DNA from: the human T2T-CHM13v2.0 reference genome, Homo sapiens
Direction: 5' to 3' (one strand)
NCBI RefSeq assembly: GCF_009914755.1
Contig: NC_060928.1
DNA: 64,000 nucleotides
Below the pieces are notes generated by a model. The model worked only from the letters and a program-made list of their open reading frames with translations, ran no database searches and was not told where the DNA came from. Shown piece after piece: positions 1-14,999 of the stretch. The position numbers and the translations under genes are program-made. How positions within the stretch are numbered: the stretch's first letter is position 1; the number at the start of each line of letters is the position of its first letter.

Positions 1-2475
1 TGATCTGTCTAATACTGTTAGTGGGATGTTGAAGTCTCCTACTACTATTGTGTGGGAGTCTAAGTCTTTTTGAAAGTCTCTAAGAACCTTCTTTATGAAT
101 CTGGGTGCTCCTGTATTGGGTGCATATATATTTAGGATAGGTAGTCTTTGTGTTGAATTGAACCCTTTATCATTATGTAATGCCTGTTATTGTCTTTTTT
201 CATCTGTGTTAGTTTAGTTTGTTGTGTCTGAAATTAGGATTGCAACACCTCCTTTTTTCTGTTTTTTTTAATTGTTGTTGTTGTTGTTTGTTTGTTTGAT
301 AGATTTTTCTCTATCCTTTCATTTTGAGTCTACGGGTGTCATGTATGTGAAATGTGTCTCTTGAAGACAGCATACCAATGGGTTTTGATTCTTTATCTGG
401 CTTTCCACTCTGTACCTTTTAATTGGGGCATTTAGCCCATACACATTCAATGTTAGTATGGATATGTGTGGATTTGATGTTAGCTGTTTATTACACAAAC
501 TTATTTGTGTGGGTGCTTTATAATATCATGGTTCTATGTACTTCAGTATGTTTTTGTAGTGGCTGGTAATGGTCTTTCTTGTCCATATTTAGTGCTACCT
601 TCAGAAGCTGTTGTAAGACAGGTCTGGTGATAATGAATTCTTTCAGCATTTGCTTATGTGAAAAGGATCTTATTTCTCCTTTGCTTTGGAAGTTTAGTTT
701 GGTTAGATATGCAATTCTGGGTTGAAATTTCTTTTCCTTAAGAATGTTAAGTAGTGGCCTCCAAATCTCTTCTGGCTTGTAGGGTTTCAGCTGAGAGGTC
801 TGCTGTTAGTCTAATGGGCTTCCCTTTGTAGGTAACCTGACCTTTCTCTCTAGTTGCCTTTAATTTTTTGTTTGTTTGTTTGTTTTTTGCATTTTGACAT
901 TGAATAATCTGATTATTATGTCTTGGGAATGATCTTCTTGATCTATCTTACTGGGGTTCTCTGAATTTCCTGAATTTAAATGTTGGTGTCTCTAGCTAGG
1001 TTAGGGAAGTTCTCATGAATGATAGCCTGAAATATGTTTTCCAAGTTGCTTGCACTCTCCCCATCTTTCAAGAACACTAATGAGTCATAGTTTCTATCTC
1101 TTTATATAAATCTGTGTTTCTTGGAAGTTTTGTTCATTCCTTTTCATTCTTTTGTCTCTATTCTTATGTGACTGACTTATTTCAGAAAGCTGGTCTTCAG
1201 GCTCTGAGATTATTTTCTCAGCTTGGTCTGTTCTATTAATACTTGTGATTGCATTATGAAATTCTTGTAGTGTGTTTTCAGCTCTATCAGGTAAGTTCCA
1301 GTCTTTTCTATTCTATTGTCTGTCAGCTCCTGTATTGTTTTGTGTGATTCTTAGCTTTCTTAAATTGAGTTTCAAGGTACTGCTGCATCTCAATGATCTT
1401 CATTCTTATCGTATTCTGAATTCATTTCTGTCATTTCAGCCATTTCAGCCTGGTTTAGGACCCTTGCTAGAGAGGTGGTGTGGTTGAATGGAGGAAATAA
1501 GGCACTCTGGCTTTTTTAAGTTGTCAGAGTTCTTGTGTTGGTTCTTTTTCATCTTTGTGGACTGATGGTTCTTAATCTTTGAAGTTGCTGACCTTTCGAT
1601 TTTTTTTCTTTCACCCTATTTTATGACCTTGAGTATTTGATTGTGGTATAAGGTGGATTCAGCCAACTGGCTTCATTTCTGAAAGATTTTGGTGGGCCAG
1701 TGCTTAGGTCCCAACTCCTGGACTGCATGCTATAACTCTCAGGGACTTGTATTGTGCCCTAACTTTGTTCCCTGGGTCCTCCTGGTTAGGAATCCACTGT
1801 GCTGGGGCAGCCGAGGTGCTCCTGGACTACTAGTCATTACACTTGAATTGGTGATGTCAGCAAACGTGTTTCATAATGCGGTGGCAACAGGATCCATCTG
1901 CTCACATGTGCCAGCAGCAGCAGGGGCACTGCAGCAGGGTATATGTTCACCAGCCTCTAATGGGTGCCAAGGTGCCTGCCTCTGTGCAGGCATTCACCGC
2001 AGTGGTAGAGGCAGTGTGGCTAGGTGTAGGGGTGAGGGGCCTCTGCTGGTGACTGTGCATGTGGTCATATGGGTGATGGTGTTAGCACAGGGGCAGGATT
2101 CTGGCAGGCATAGGTCTGTGTGTGCTGTGAGCTACAGGCAGAGTTGGTTGCTCTGGGTGGGGGAGGATCCACGGTTCTCTGCGCCTAGTTTCACTCCTGT
2201 GGGCAGTGTTGGTGCAAGGCCAAGCCATGGTGGGAGTAGGCCTGGCTGACTCTGTTTCCACCTAGGCTCTGACTGCAATGGCGGTCTGGTGGGGAAGGGC
2301 GAAGGTGGAGCACACTTCGTAGCAGTGGCAGAGGAGGGTGCATGCACACATGTATTCTGGTGGGTCAAGGAAGGCAAAACCTTCCCATACACACATGCAC
2401 CAGCAAAGCGATGTGGGGGTTGCCATGGGCCCAAAAGATGTTGCAGCGTGTGGAGGGAGTGGGCAGGCTGGTGTG
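1..2475 (-). mobile_element. LINE-1 5' portion (5'UTR, ORF1, start of ORF2 endonuclease), old primate L1PA/L1PB-like, decayed
   Basis: Reverse complement of ~420-480 resembles the ORF2 start motif TLNVNGLNAPIK. Antisense ORF1 text such as 'ggtttcagctgagaggtctgctgttagtctaatgggcttccctttgtaggt' is present. GC-rich 5'UTR-like sequence spans 1650-2470. Confidence 0.88.
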
Positions 2476-2962
2476 TGACTATGGGGGCAGGGATTTTTAC
2501 GGACTGGGAAGATAAGGAATGCACTGACTGGTCTTGGACAAAGTGCTACTCAGCTTGGCCTGGGACCTCGGCCTGGGACCAATCAGGAGCTGGAGTGATG
2601 ATTCACAGTGGCTCGACTCACAGTCCAAAGCCTGTCCAGAAAAGGAAAGGAAAGTGTCCACCGGAACCCACCAGAGCCCACCCTGTGCATGCCTACAAAA
2701 GGAGAAGAGACTATTTACTGGAAGCCCGCTGGTTTTATATATATATGGTTGGGTCTTCTTCCCTTATCACTGTAGTTGTGGGCATGTCTTTAGGCACAAA
2801 GAACAAAGGCGTTTCTATGTTGGGCCTTGTTTCTTTATTTGAGTGGGCCAGAAGTTTGTGCAAGTTTCCTTATCTGAACCTGCAGCCTGATTTTTCAGGT
2901 TGTTTCTCTGTTAAAAGTAATTTTACCAAGGACCACGCTAACTACCTAACTTTTCTCTCTCA
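2476..2962 (-). mobile_element. ERV1 MER4-group solo LTR (subfamily uncertain)
   Basis: Ends '...ttttctctctca' (TG start on the minus strand) and contains 'gggaccaatcaggagctg' and 'ctgcagcctgattt', which I recall from MER4-group LTRs. Confidence 0.6.
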
Positions 2963-3587
2963 CTAGGATTTGAATACAATACTTAAACCAATACATTATA
3001 TTGCCTTTTAAATACAAAGAAGGTGCTAATCTGTAAAACAGTTCTCAAATAAGTCTTATTTTAGCTAATGAATTGAACATTCCAAATTCAATGTTACAGT
3101 GAACCCATCTACACATAAGTATGTGTATAATACACATATGATATTTACTACAAAATATAAAATTTTAAGCTCCACCACAGATATTTTTATGTAATCTTTC
3201 TCCATTCATTTGAAATGCACGTTTTGTAATTAATGTCTACTCTAGTGAAACCATAGAGCCAATTGATGACTACTTTAATCACCATCCCATTACAAATGCT
3301 ATCTTTATGGTAGCATGCATTAGGATGTCCTAAATTCACTGAATACTACTTATACTGTGAGGGCTTTTCATACAGCAGATGAGGCTGATAATCACTGTGT
3401 TTATTAAAATAATATTTTCCTCTGGTTTCCATAGGTTTTCTTTAAGTCTGTATTGGTACTTCTTTAATACTGTATTGGTTTCCCTCCATTCTTTGTCTCC
3501 TTTAGTCTTCCTTTGTAATACCTGCTTCTGATTCAGAAAAAGATTAATGTTCCTCCTAGGTGTTTACTGAAGCCTACTGATATAACT

Positions 3588-3810
3588 CAGGGCCTGGCAA
3601 ACTTTCTCCATACACAGCCAAATGGTAAATATTTTAGCCTTTGCTAGTCATTAGGTCTCTGTTATGACTACAAGACTCTGCCATTGTAGTGTGAAAGAGG
3701 TCATAGATGATATGTAAATAAATGGGTGTGATTGTGTTCCAGTAAATTCTGTTTACAAAACCAGGTGGGGAGCTAGATTAGGCCAACGGGTTGTGGTTTG
3801 CCAACTCCTT
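3588..3810. mobile_element. MER58A hAT-Charlie MITE
   Basis: TIRs cagggcctggcaaact...gtttgccaactcct, an internal match to MER58A ('ctctgccattgtagtgtgaaag'), and a degenerate 8 bp TSD atataact/ttctaact. Confidence 0.88.
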
Positions 3811-3984
3811 TTCTAACTCTAAATTTTGCAGAATAATTGCAAACACTGTCATAGCTTCAGTTGCAATCTGCTGTCTGTGTGTTAGTATTCAGTAGCTCTA
3901 TGCTAAATTCCAGTTTGCATTTGACCATTTATACTTAAATTCTTCCTTCCTTTTTGTTTTATGTTAAGATTTTTTTTTGCTTTC

Positions 3985-4500
3985 TATCATTTCTTGGGCC
4001 CTGTGATAGGTCCAAATATTTATAGGTGAGCTAAAATAAGCACATGCCTGATTTCAAGGACATTATAATTTAATGAGAGGGCAGAGGATCAACCATTAAT
4101 CAAGAAACGGAACCAATAATTATTTTATTATAAATTGTGACAATCAGGTCACAATTAAGCTGATGCATGTTTGTTATGTTTATTTCATTGATCAGTATAT
4201 CAAGGGCAACAAAGCTATGTGGATGTGGATGAACAATATGGCTTTGAAGGGAGTATAAGTTAAAAATATAAGGGTACATACAACTAATATTTAAGGATTG
4301 ATTAGAAAAGGACAAACAAGCTAGAGATTAGACAAAGAAACAAGTAAGAAGAAAATTAAAAGAATGAGGTATCACAGATATCAAGGAAGAGAAGCTTTCA
4401 GTATGGAGAGAGAAGTCTACTATGCCAAAGTGATCTTGAGAAACAAATGTTTCAACATGATGTTTTCTGCTAAAACCCTTTAGTGTTTCAAAAACCCCTA
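3985..4500 (-). mobile_element. L2 LINE fragment
   Basis: Purine-rich sequence resembling antisense L2 3' region ('tgcctgatttcaaggacattataatttaatgagagggcagag'). Confidence 0.55.
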
Positions 4501-6112
4501 ATGATTGCCTCCTGACCTCTCTGACCTCAGTTAAGGCACTCCATTGGGGGTAGGGGGTTCTGCATTCTAATCTTACTGTTCTTGACTGATTCTTCTGAAT
4601 TGTCTGCCTATTCATTTGCTAGTACTATATTATTTCAATTGATATAAGTTGCTTTTATATTTATATTGAAAGCAGCCCCATATTATTTTTGTACACAATC
4701 TCTTAGATATTTTCAACAGTTATAAATCTAGATGAACTATGAAATAACTCTAAAATTTCAAAAGTTACATAATATTTAAATTTTGATTAAATCTAAACAT
4801 AATTTCAGAGCTACTTGGTGTCTTCAATTTATTAAATTCTCTTCAAGAACATTGTTGTTTTCTATTTATTCATATCTAGTTTGTTTCTTGGTGAATGCAT
4901 AGATTTTTGTCTATGAAAAAATTTATAGTGTTTTAAAAATTTATGTGCATAGTATATTTATTCCACTGTGAACCAAGATTCTTAAATTTGAATTTTATTT
5001 TAAATTGTATGAATGGTATGCAGTAAATCTCTTAATATTTTTGAAATATTTGTTTTTCATTGACACATCCTAAGGAAACCAACAAAAATTTGAATTCTAA
5101 TACATTTCTAGTTGATTTTCTTTATTGTATAAGTAGGGTGTTTCTATATGTATGTGGTTGTGAGAGATATCTTCTGAAACTAATGATTATTTTGTCTTCT
5201 TTTATATCATAGTTAGAACACCACTGCTTTACATCTTATTTTAATGATTTGACATCCCAATATGAGGCTGAAAATTTTATAATTGGCGTTTTATGTCATC
5301 TTAATTCTGATCTATATTATTCCACAAGTCTTAACTTGCTATCATGTCACCTCCCTAAAATATATACAAAGTACTACTTCCTTTTATGTCTTATATTTTA
5401 ATGTTTAAAAACTACATTCTATTATAATTGTTTCTTGTTTTCCTGAAAAATACTGTTACCAAAGAATGCAAAGTTATTTACCCATACTGAATATTTTAAT
5501 ATTACTTTATTCTTTCATTGCTTTCTTATTCTAGCTTAACAGTTTAATCAAATTACAAGAAAAATAACTATTCATGGAAAAATCAGTTTAATTAAAAGTA
5601 GCAATATTGTAATACTTTTAATAGTTTTTTAATAGACCGAAGCCAAATTTAGTAAAATTTATTTTAATTCTCAGAGTTCATTAATACATTCATTGCTCTA
5701 AACCACTTATCTTACAGTCTCTATTCCACTTTGTAACAACTGTAGTACTATTTTTGATGTAAGTATTGAGAGACTTTCTAATAATATTGCCTTTGAAATT
5801 ATTCAATTATAATGATGTAATTTAATTTACCATTTATTATGACTTCTTAGCAATCATCATGTGAAAATGGGAATGGTTACAAAGGGAAAAAATTATTCAA
5901 CAAATTTCTTCACATAAATTAAATTTAATTATATGAAAATCAGCAACATAAAGTTGAGGAAGTTCTCCCATTCTTATTTTCTAGGACTTTTTGTCACAAA
6001 TTTTTGATGAATTTTATCAGATGCTTTTTCCATGCTATGAATTGATTGACAAATGTGGTTTTTCTTCTTTTGCCTGTTAATATGTTAGATTACATGGACT
6101 GATTTTCAAATA

Positions 6113-6412
6113 CAGTTATGCACTTTATAATGGTGTTTTGGTCAAGGATGGACTATGTAGAAGATGGTGGTTCTGTAAGATTAGAATGGAGCTAAAAAGT
6201 TCCTATCACACAAATAATTATCATTGTGTTAATATTTCCTTGTACTATTCAATAAAGTAACATGCTGTACAAGTTTGTAGTCTAGGAGCAATATGCTATA
6301 CCACTTAGCCTAGGTATGTAGGAGGCTGTACCATCTAGGTTTGCACAGAGATGAAACTGCCTAACAGTGCATTTCTCAGAACATGTAACCATTGTTAAGA
6401 GATGCATGACTG
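6113..6412. mobile_element. Tigger3 (Golem) internal-deletion derivative, TcMar DNA transposon
   Basis: TIRs cagttatgcac.../...gatgcatgactg flanked by TA (6111-6112 and 6413-6414), plus the diagnostic 'gtttgtagtctaggagcaatatgctatacca'. Confidence 0.88.
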
Positions 6413-8569
6413 TATCAAACTAACTTTGCAAATTTTACTTGGTCATGGTATATAACCAGCTCTTCTATTTTCTAGAAAGTATTGTATAGAATTGGTGATA
6501 ATTCTTTCTTTAAGTTTTGCTCATTCAGTGGAATGATCTAGGATGAAAGGTTTCAGCTCTAGGAATTTTTAGTCTATAAAATCAATGTCTTTGGTAATTA
6601 TAAATTTATTTAAATGACCTATTTTATATTGGATAAGTTGTGATGTTTTATATTATTCAAAGAGTTGGTCCAATTCATCTAAATTGGCCAATTTATTTGT
6701 ACAGATTTATATATAGTATCCCTTTATTATTTTACTATATGCATGATCTTTAGCAATATTCCATGTTTCACTGCTGATATAGGAAATTTGTGTTTTCTCT
6801 TCCCTCTTTATCACTCTGGTTAGAGGTCTGACAATTTTATAGATGTTAGTTAATACATTTCCTATATTATTTTCTTGATTTGTTTGTTTTTTTCTGCTCA
6901 TCCTTCTGCTTGTTTTGTGCTTATTTTTCTCTTATATTACCAGATTCTTGAGGTGATACCTTTGATATTTGAAATGTTTTTTCTTGAACGTATACTCTGC
7001 TTTTATTGGGTGGGGTGTTTTATAAATTTCTATAAGATCCTGTTGGTTAATGGTATTGTTTAGTTCTTTCAGATACATGTGAATTTTCTCTCTAGTTCTT
7101 CTACCAAATGTTAAATGAGGGATGTTGATGTCTCCAATTATAATTGTGGGTTTGTCTTTTTATCATTTCAGTTCTTTAAGCTTTGAACTTCACATATATT
7201 ATACCTCCGTTCTTTGGTGCATGCATATCTAGGATTGCTGTGTCTTCAGGGTAGATTGAACCCTTTATTATATAAAGTATGTCTTTTCATATGATAATTC
7301 TCTTTGCTCTGAAATTTGTTTTATCTGATATTAGTATAGCAATTTGATTTATTTTGATTAACATTTTACAATATGTCTTTTTATTTTCAACCTGCCCACA
7401 TCATTATGTTTGAAATGAGTTTTTGTAGATAGCAGATAGTCGAATAGTCTCTTTAATTCACCCTACACATCTCTGGTTTTAAAAATTAGTATAGTTAGTC
7501 CATTTACACTTAATGTAATTGTTGATATATTAGGGTTTAAATCTGGCATTTGAGTATTTGTTTTCTGTTTGATTTTTCTGTTTTAATTTCTCTCTTTTTC
7601 TTTTACTGTTTTCCTCTTGGTTACATGAATATTTGTGAGTATTAGTATGGATTTATCTACATTATTTTTAGTTTATGTAATTGTAAGTTTTTTGTGGTTT
7701 CTAAATATTATATTATATATACATCTTATCACAGTCTACTGAAATTGTCATTTTAACCACTCAAGTAAGGTGTAAAAATCTTACTATTACATCTCTTCTA
7801 GCCTCCTTTATTTATCATATAATTGCCTTATATATTTCCTTTAAATTCATTTAGAACCACATCACAGAATGTAATAATTATCACTTCTACATTCAAACAA
7901 TTTTTTAAAACTTAAGAGTAAAAGGAAAATCTGTATGTAGCATTTACCCATAGATTTTGCTTACTTTGTTTTTTCTTACTTCCTGATGTTCCAAGTTCCC
8001 TTCCTTAATGTTTTCTGTTTAGAAAACGTATTTTTGACATTGTTTAAAGGTAGATCTACTAACAACAGATTATCTAGGTTTTCCTTTACACGAAATAAAT
8101 TTTATTTTACCTTCATAACTGAAGGTGATTTTCACTGGATATAGAAATCTGGATTGAAAGAATTATTTCCACTCTTGAAAATTGTTGGAAATTGTTTTGT
8201 CACTTTGTTCAACCTTCATAGTTTCCAATGAGAAATCTGCTGTAGTTCAAATAGGTTAATACCTATACATAAGGTTTGCTTTCTCTAAGACTACTTTCAA
8301 GATTTTTTTTTCAGTTTTCAGAAGATTGACTATGATGAGTCTTTGCATGTATTTATTTGGACTTTTGAAAAAAAGGTTTATTCACTTTCTTGAAGCTAGG
8401 GCTTTATCTATTTTGCCTAATGTATGAAAGTTCCAGCCATTGCATTTTCTTCCCTTAATGTTTCAGCCCCACCCTCTTTCTTCATTCCTGTAGGACTTTA
8501 GTGACATTAGTGCCAAATAATTGGGTATAGACCCCCATGTCCATGAAGCCTTGTTGATTCTTATGTGGG

Positions 8570-9239
8570 TGATATGGTTTGGATCTCTGACCCGTCTGAA
8601 TCTTATGTTCAATTGTAGTCCTCAGTGTTGGAAATGGGGCCTGGCAGAAGGTGACTGGATCATGGGGGTGGATCCATCAGGAGTGATTTAGAACAGGATT
8701 GTGCTAAACCATTCATGAATGAACCACCCTCACGGCTTCCCTGGGCCACATTGGAAGAAGAAAAATTGCCTTGGGCCATACATAAAATATACTAACACTA
8801 ATGATAGGTGATGAGCTAAAAAAAATCACACAGAAAACTTCATAATGTTTTAAGAAAGTTTATAGATTGTGTTGAGCCATTTTCAAAACTGTCCTGGGCT
8901 GCACACAGCCCATGGGCTGCAGGTTGGACAAGCTTGGTTTAGCACCATCCTCTAGGTGCTGTTCTTGTGAAAGAATTCTCATAATACCTGATTATTAAAA
9001 GTGTGTAGCACCTCCCCTGCCTCCCTATTGCTCCTATTCCAGCTATGTGATGTGTGTGCTTCCCCTTGGTCTTCCACTATAATTGGAAGCTTTCTGAGAC
9101 CTCCACAGAGGCCAAGCAGATGCCAGCATCATGCTTCCTGTACATCCTGTGGAACTGTGAGACAATTAAACCTCTTTTCTTTATAAATTACCTAGTCTCA
9201 GGTATCTTTTTTATAGCAATTTGAGAATGGCCTAATACA
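8570..9239 (+). mobile_element. MSTA-like MaLR solo LTR (contains MER30)
   Basis: Starts tgatatggtttggatc and ends ggcctaataca, with the internal 'aattaaacctcttttctttataaattacc' motif. Confidence 0.88.
8694..8936 (+). mobile_element. MER30 hAT-Charlie MITE with a rearranged 5' end
   Basis: 'ggcttccctgggccacattggaagaag...ggttggacaagcttg' matches MER30; 8 bp TSD atttagaa/gtttagca. Confidence 0.9.
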
Positions 9240-9240
9240 A

Positions 9241-9247
9241 TGTGTGT

Positions 9248-9280
<33 letters not shown>
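9241..9280. repeat. (TG)n microsatellite
   Basis: Visible TG run. Confidence 0.97.
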
Positions 9281-9285
<5 letters not shown>

Positions 9286-10354
9286 TTCTTTATTTTTCAT
9301 ATTGGGTAATTTCTGTTCTATCTTAAAATTCAATGATACTTTCCATTTTCTTTTCAATTCTGTTGTTGAGGCCATCCACTAAGTATTTTATTTGTTGTTG
9401 TATTTTTTTAGTTCTATGTGGCTCTTCTTTGTATCTTGTATTTCTTTGCTAAACTTTCAAAAATGTTACTTAAAAGGTGTTCGTGATTGCTCATTGAAGG
9501 ATTTTTATGATGGCTGCTTTAAAATTAATGTTAGGTAATGCTAACATCTGTATTATCTAAGTGTTGGCATCTGTTGATTGTCTTTTCTCTGATATTTTGA
9601 GATTTTTCTTGTTCTTGCCATGAGAAACATTCAATTTGGAGTTATAATAAAAAGATTTTCAGATTTAAAAAAACAAAGAAAGAAATGGGGAGAGATTTGT
9701 TCAAACACATGAACAATACATGAAATCAAGAAATACTAAAGTGTAATAACATCGGATTGAAACTTGGATCTAAAGAAAGAAATTAAAAACTATAAACATG
9801 AAAATTTTGTGATTAAATATAAAAATATTATTTATCCTTTCTTAAATTATTTTAAAGTGAGTTGTTCATCAAATAAAAAGTAATATAATATATCATGAGT
9901 TACATGATATTAGTGGAATTAAAATATGTGAAAACAATATAACAAAGGCTAGGTGGAATATAAATTGACTCAAATTATTGCAGAGGTCTTTTATATGAGG
10001 TGGTACATTATATTTAAAATGGTTTACTGATTATAGATATATCTATTTTATTAAAGTCTGTCATCTTTTACTGTATACATTTTGATGCTCTTTGTTACAT
10101 TCCAATTTAGAATTATCTATCAACCATCTATCTATATCAACTTCATTTTAAATGGATTCTATTATAATTAGAAAATATCTCTTTAGCTCAACAAATATTT
10201 TGACTTAAATTTTATTTTTATTAATATTAATATAGCCACATCAATTTTGTTCTTGTTAGTATTTCTAATATATATAGATATATTGTTTTTTAAGAAATAT
10301 AAATTATTAGTATCTTTATTATCATGGTGTTTTTATCATATAGTAATTTTGAAA

Positions 10355-11083
10355 AGAGGCAAGCCAGGGGCATCACATTACTTGACTTTGACTATACTAC
10401 ATGGCTACAGTAATGAAAACAGTATAGTACTGGTACAAAATAGACACATAGACCAATGGAACAGAATAGAGAACCCAGAAATAAAACTGCATACCTATTG
10501 CCAATTGATCCTTGACAAAGTTGACAAAAATAAGCAATGGGGAAAGAACTGCCCATTCAATACATGGTGTTGAGAAAACTGCCAAACCGTACACGGAAGA
10601 TTGAAACTGGACCCTTACCTAGCACCATATGCAAAACACTAACTGAAGATGAATTACAGATGTAAATGTAAGACTTCAAACTGTAAAAATCTTAGAAGAA
10701 AATCTAGGAAATTACCTCTGCCTTGGCAAATAATTTATAACTAAGTCCTCAAAAGCAATTGCAACAAAAATGAAAATTGAAAACTGCAACCTAATTAAAC
10801 TAAAGAGCTTCAGTACAGCAAACGAAACTATCAACAGAGTAAACAGACAACCTACAGAATGGGAGAAAATATTCACAAACTCTCCACCTGATAAAGGTCT
10901 AATATCAGGAATCAATAAGGAACTTAAACAGTTGAACAAGTAAAAAAGTAAATAATCCTGTTAAAAAGTACGCAAAGGATGTGAACAGACACTTCTCAAA
11001 AGAAGACATCCAAATGACCAACAAACATGAAAAATGCTCAATATCACTAATCACCAGAGAAATGCAAATCAAAATCACAATGA
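10355..11083 (+). mobile_element. Internal L1 ORF2 fragment (L1PA/PB-like) without 3'UTR
   Basis: ORF translations [15 protein letters not shown] and [12 protein letters not shown]...REMQIK are L1 ORF2p C-terminal motifs. Confidence 0.92.
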
Positions 11084-12289
11084 AAAATATTTATGCTGAA
11101 TATAAATCCTTTAAATTGGATTATTTGCTCTGTTTACATTTACCAATAAATGTTGGTTGTGTTTATTCTTGCTTGTACCATGATGAGTTACTGTTTATGA
11201 ATTCTGGCCATTTTAGATAATACGGTATAGGGCCTCGAACTTATATTTTAGTAAGCCTCTTCTAACACCACTCAAGTAAGGAGAGTGGAAGGTGCCTTGT
11301 TACATGTGGGTAAAGGTGAAAGTCCAAGATTCCCATGTGGCTCCACAGTCTCCCGTAGGGAAGAAAAACTTTTTATTGCCCATTGAGTATATAAATCTTT
11401 GGTCTCCATTTGGCCTTCTCTGACCCCATCCCAGGAAGGGCTTATGGTACCCCATCATAGTCTGGAAAAACGGGAGGTCTAGCCTCTCCAATTAGTGTTT
11501 TCTGGGAGAGATAAAGTATGGTGAGTTCTATTCTGTCAATTGTGGCTGGAGCAAAGCAATTATTATCTAAATGTTTTCTGCTTTGTTTAGATGTCCTTTC
11601 CCTGATCTTTTGGTTAGAAGGAGTAGGTTTTTCTTGGAGCCTTTGTTGTTTGCACCAATTGGCTTTATATTTTTGTCACCATCTTCTCCAGTATCTAATC
11701 TTGGCTATATGAGGAAAAAATAATGCCAAGGTAACTAACATTCCTTTCATTCCTCAGTTTCTGAGGTCCCTAGATCTATTCTTTATCTTTCAAATACTTT
11801 TTATGCTTGTTTTTAATATCCAGGATTTTAATTGTAGTTTTAGTATGATTTCAAAGTAATTAATATTTTATATCTGTTCCACCCATATTTAATAAGGAAC
11901 ATTCATCTTGGGCATAGAAGAACCAGAAAATTAAAACATGATCTTCGCCCTTTAAGTACATAAAGTTGAAAGAAGTTAAATATGTGCATAATAAAGTGAA
12001 ATAACCATACAGTCTAGTTTATTCCAAGGACAGTATATGCATGCTGCATTATTCTTCACTTTGCATGTCATATCATTAATCATTTATGACTCTATCCTAC
12101 CCTAAATGGATTATGACTCATCACAATGTCCTAAATATCCACTATCAATTTGACAGAGAAGGCCATGAGTTAAAACCCATTTTCATTTCATATTTGTAGT
12201 AAATAATATAGGATATTGAAGAAAGCATTCACTTTGGGCTATAAAATCAGATAAGAGCTCATAAGATGTCACATTTAAAATGTGTTTTA

Positions 12290-12385
12290 TTGCAGATCCT
12301 TCATTTACTGGCTCTGTGACCTGAAGCAAGTTTTATAAAGTATGTGCTCATGTGTTCTTATTTATAAAAGGGAAACGATGAAAAA
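12290..12385 (+). mobile_element. MIR fragment
   Basis: Core-like 'tttactggctctgtgacctgaagcaagtt...ttataaaaggg'. Confidence 0.6.
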
Positions 12386-12397
12386 ATTTTTTTCCAG

Positions 12398-13815
<1,418 letters not shown>

Positions 13816-14299
13816 ATTTCTTCTTGTGTCAGTTTTGGGAAGATGTGCTTCAATAATTTATCTATTTTGTTTTAATTTTCAAGTGTATTTGGATTAAGCT
13901 TTTCTTGGTAATTTTTAATTATCATTTTTTAATTCCTGAAACATAAGTGATTGTTGTTTTTACTTTTTTCAAGGGTTAAAAAATGAATAGGGTAATTATA
14001 CAGATCAGTTGCTAACCTTTTGCTCCAGAACTATTTTGCAAAACACCTATTTTTGATTCATTGCTATTCTTTCAATGACTACCAGGAGTGCATATAAGAA
14101 GAAGGGTTAAGTTTACCCTCCGGGTGAATGTCTAAAGCAATACTGGGGCTTGACGCAGCTGAGAGAGAAAAATGCACTGACCAGGATTCTCCACAGAAAG
14201 CTAAAGTGATGGTGGATGATGAACACTGACTTCCAGCAGAAGCAGAAGATATTCTTCTGTGGCGGAAAGCTCAATTTCACAAAGATACAGTTGTCAAGA

Positions 14300-14730
14300 T
14301 TAGTATGGATCAAATAAAAACCCCAAACAACTTTTTAATAGAATTCACCAAGCTTTTTCTAAAATATATGTGAAAGAAAAAATGGCCAAAAATAGTCAAG
14401 ATACTTCTGAAGATGTAGAATAAGGGGTGTGTCCTACATGGGCAGGAGAGGAATTTGTACCAAAAAGTATATATCCTCATTAAAAAACACTTAAAATACA
14501 TGGACCAGTAGAGCAAAAATATTAGTCCAGAAGCATGTCAATCAATGCAGAAAGGAGGGACAATCCATAAGATAGAGGTGAAAAAAATGTACACTCCACA
14601 TGGAAAAAAATGAAAATTAATCACTGTATATCAATTACAAAATTTGATTCCAAAATTAAGAATTTAAATGTGAAAATTAAACTTTGAAGCATTTTAAATT
14701 AAATGTAAGAGTATTTTTTTAACTCTGGTG
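14300..14730 (+). mobile_element. Old L1ME ORF2 fragment
   Basis: 'tttttctaaaatatatgtgaaag...aaaatagtcaag' resembles the L1 KFIW region. Confidence 0.6.
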
Positions 14731-14999
14731 ATTGAAATGATAATTCAATTATACCAGAATTAAGCTCCCACTCTAAATACTTGTTTTTTCTCAATTCTCT
14801 TTGAATAATGTTTTTTGAGCAAGGAGCTTAACCAATAGCAATAGTTAAATTTCCTCTTTAATTGATATAACATCAATTAAATTATGAAATCAAGATGCAA
14901 GAAATTAAGAGGCTAATCAATTAAGTCAGTTGTTAGATGATAAAGAATAATTTAGAGAAATGACAGGACATATCTTGGTATTTGCTTTATTTGGAGACT

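Larger units (their letters stand above)
5950..9640 (-). mobile_element. Old L1M (ORF2 to ORF1 region), interrupted by Tigger3, MSTA/MER30 and a TG tract
   Basis: Antisense L1 phrases such as 'gttgaggaagttctcccattc', 'gttgatgtctccaattataattgtgggtttgtc' and 'gtttccaatgagaaatctgctg'. Confidence 0.8.

Noticed and set aside
1689-2966. Longest ORFs (186 aa and 225 aa) as novel genes
   Set aside because: They lie antisense within the GC-rich L1 5'UTR and run across an LTR junction; no recognisable domain, and they start at non-ATG codons.
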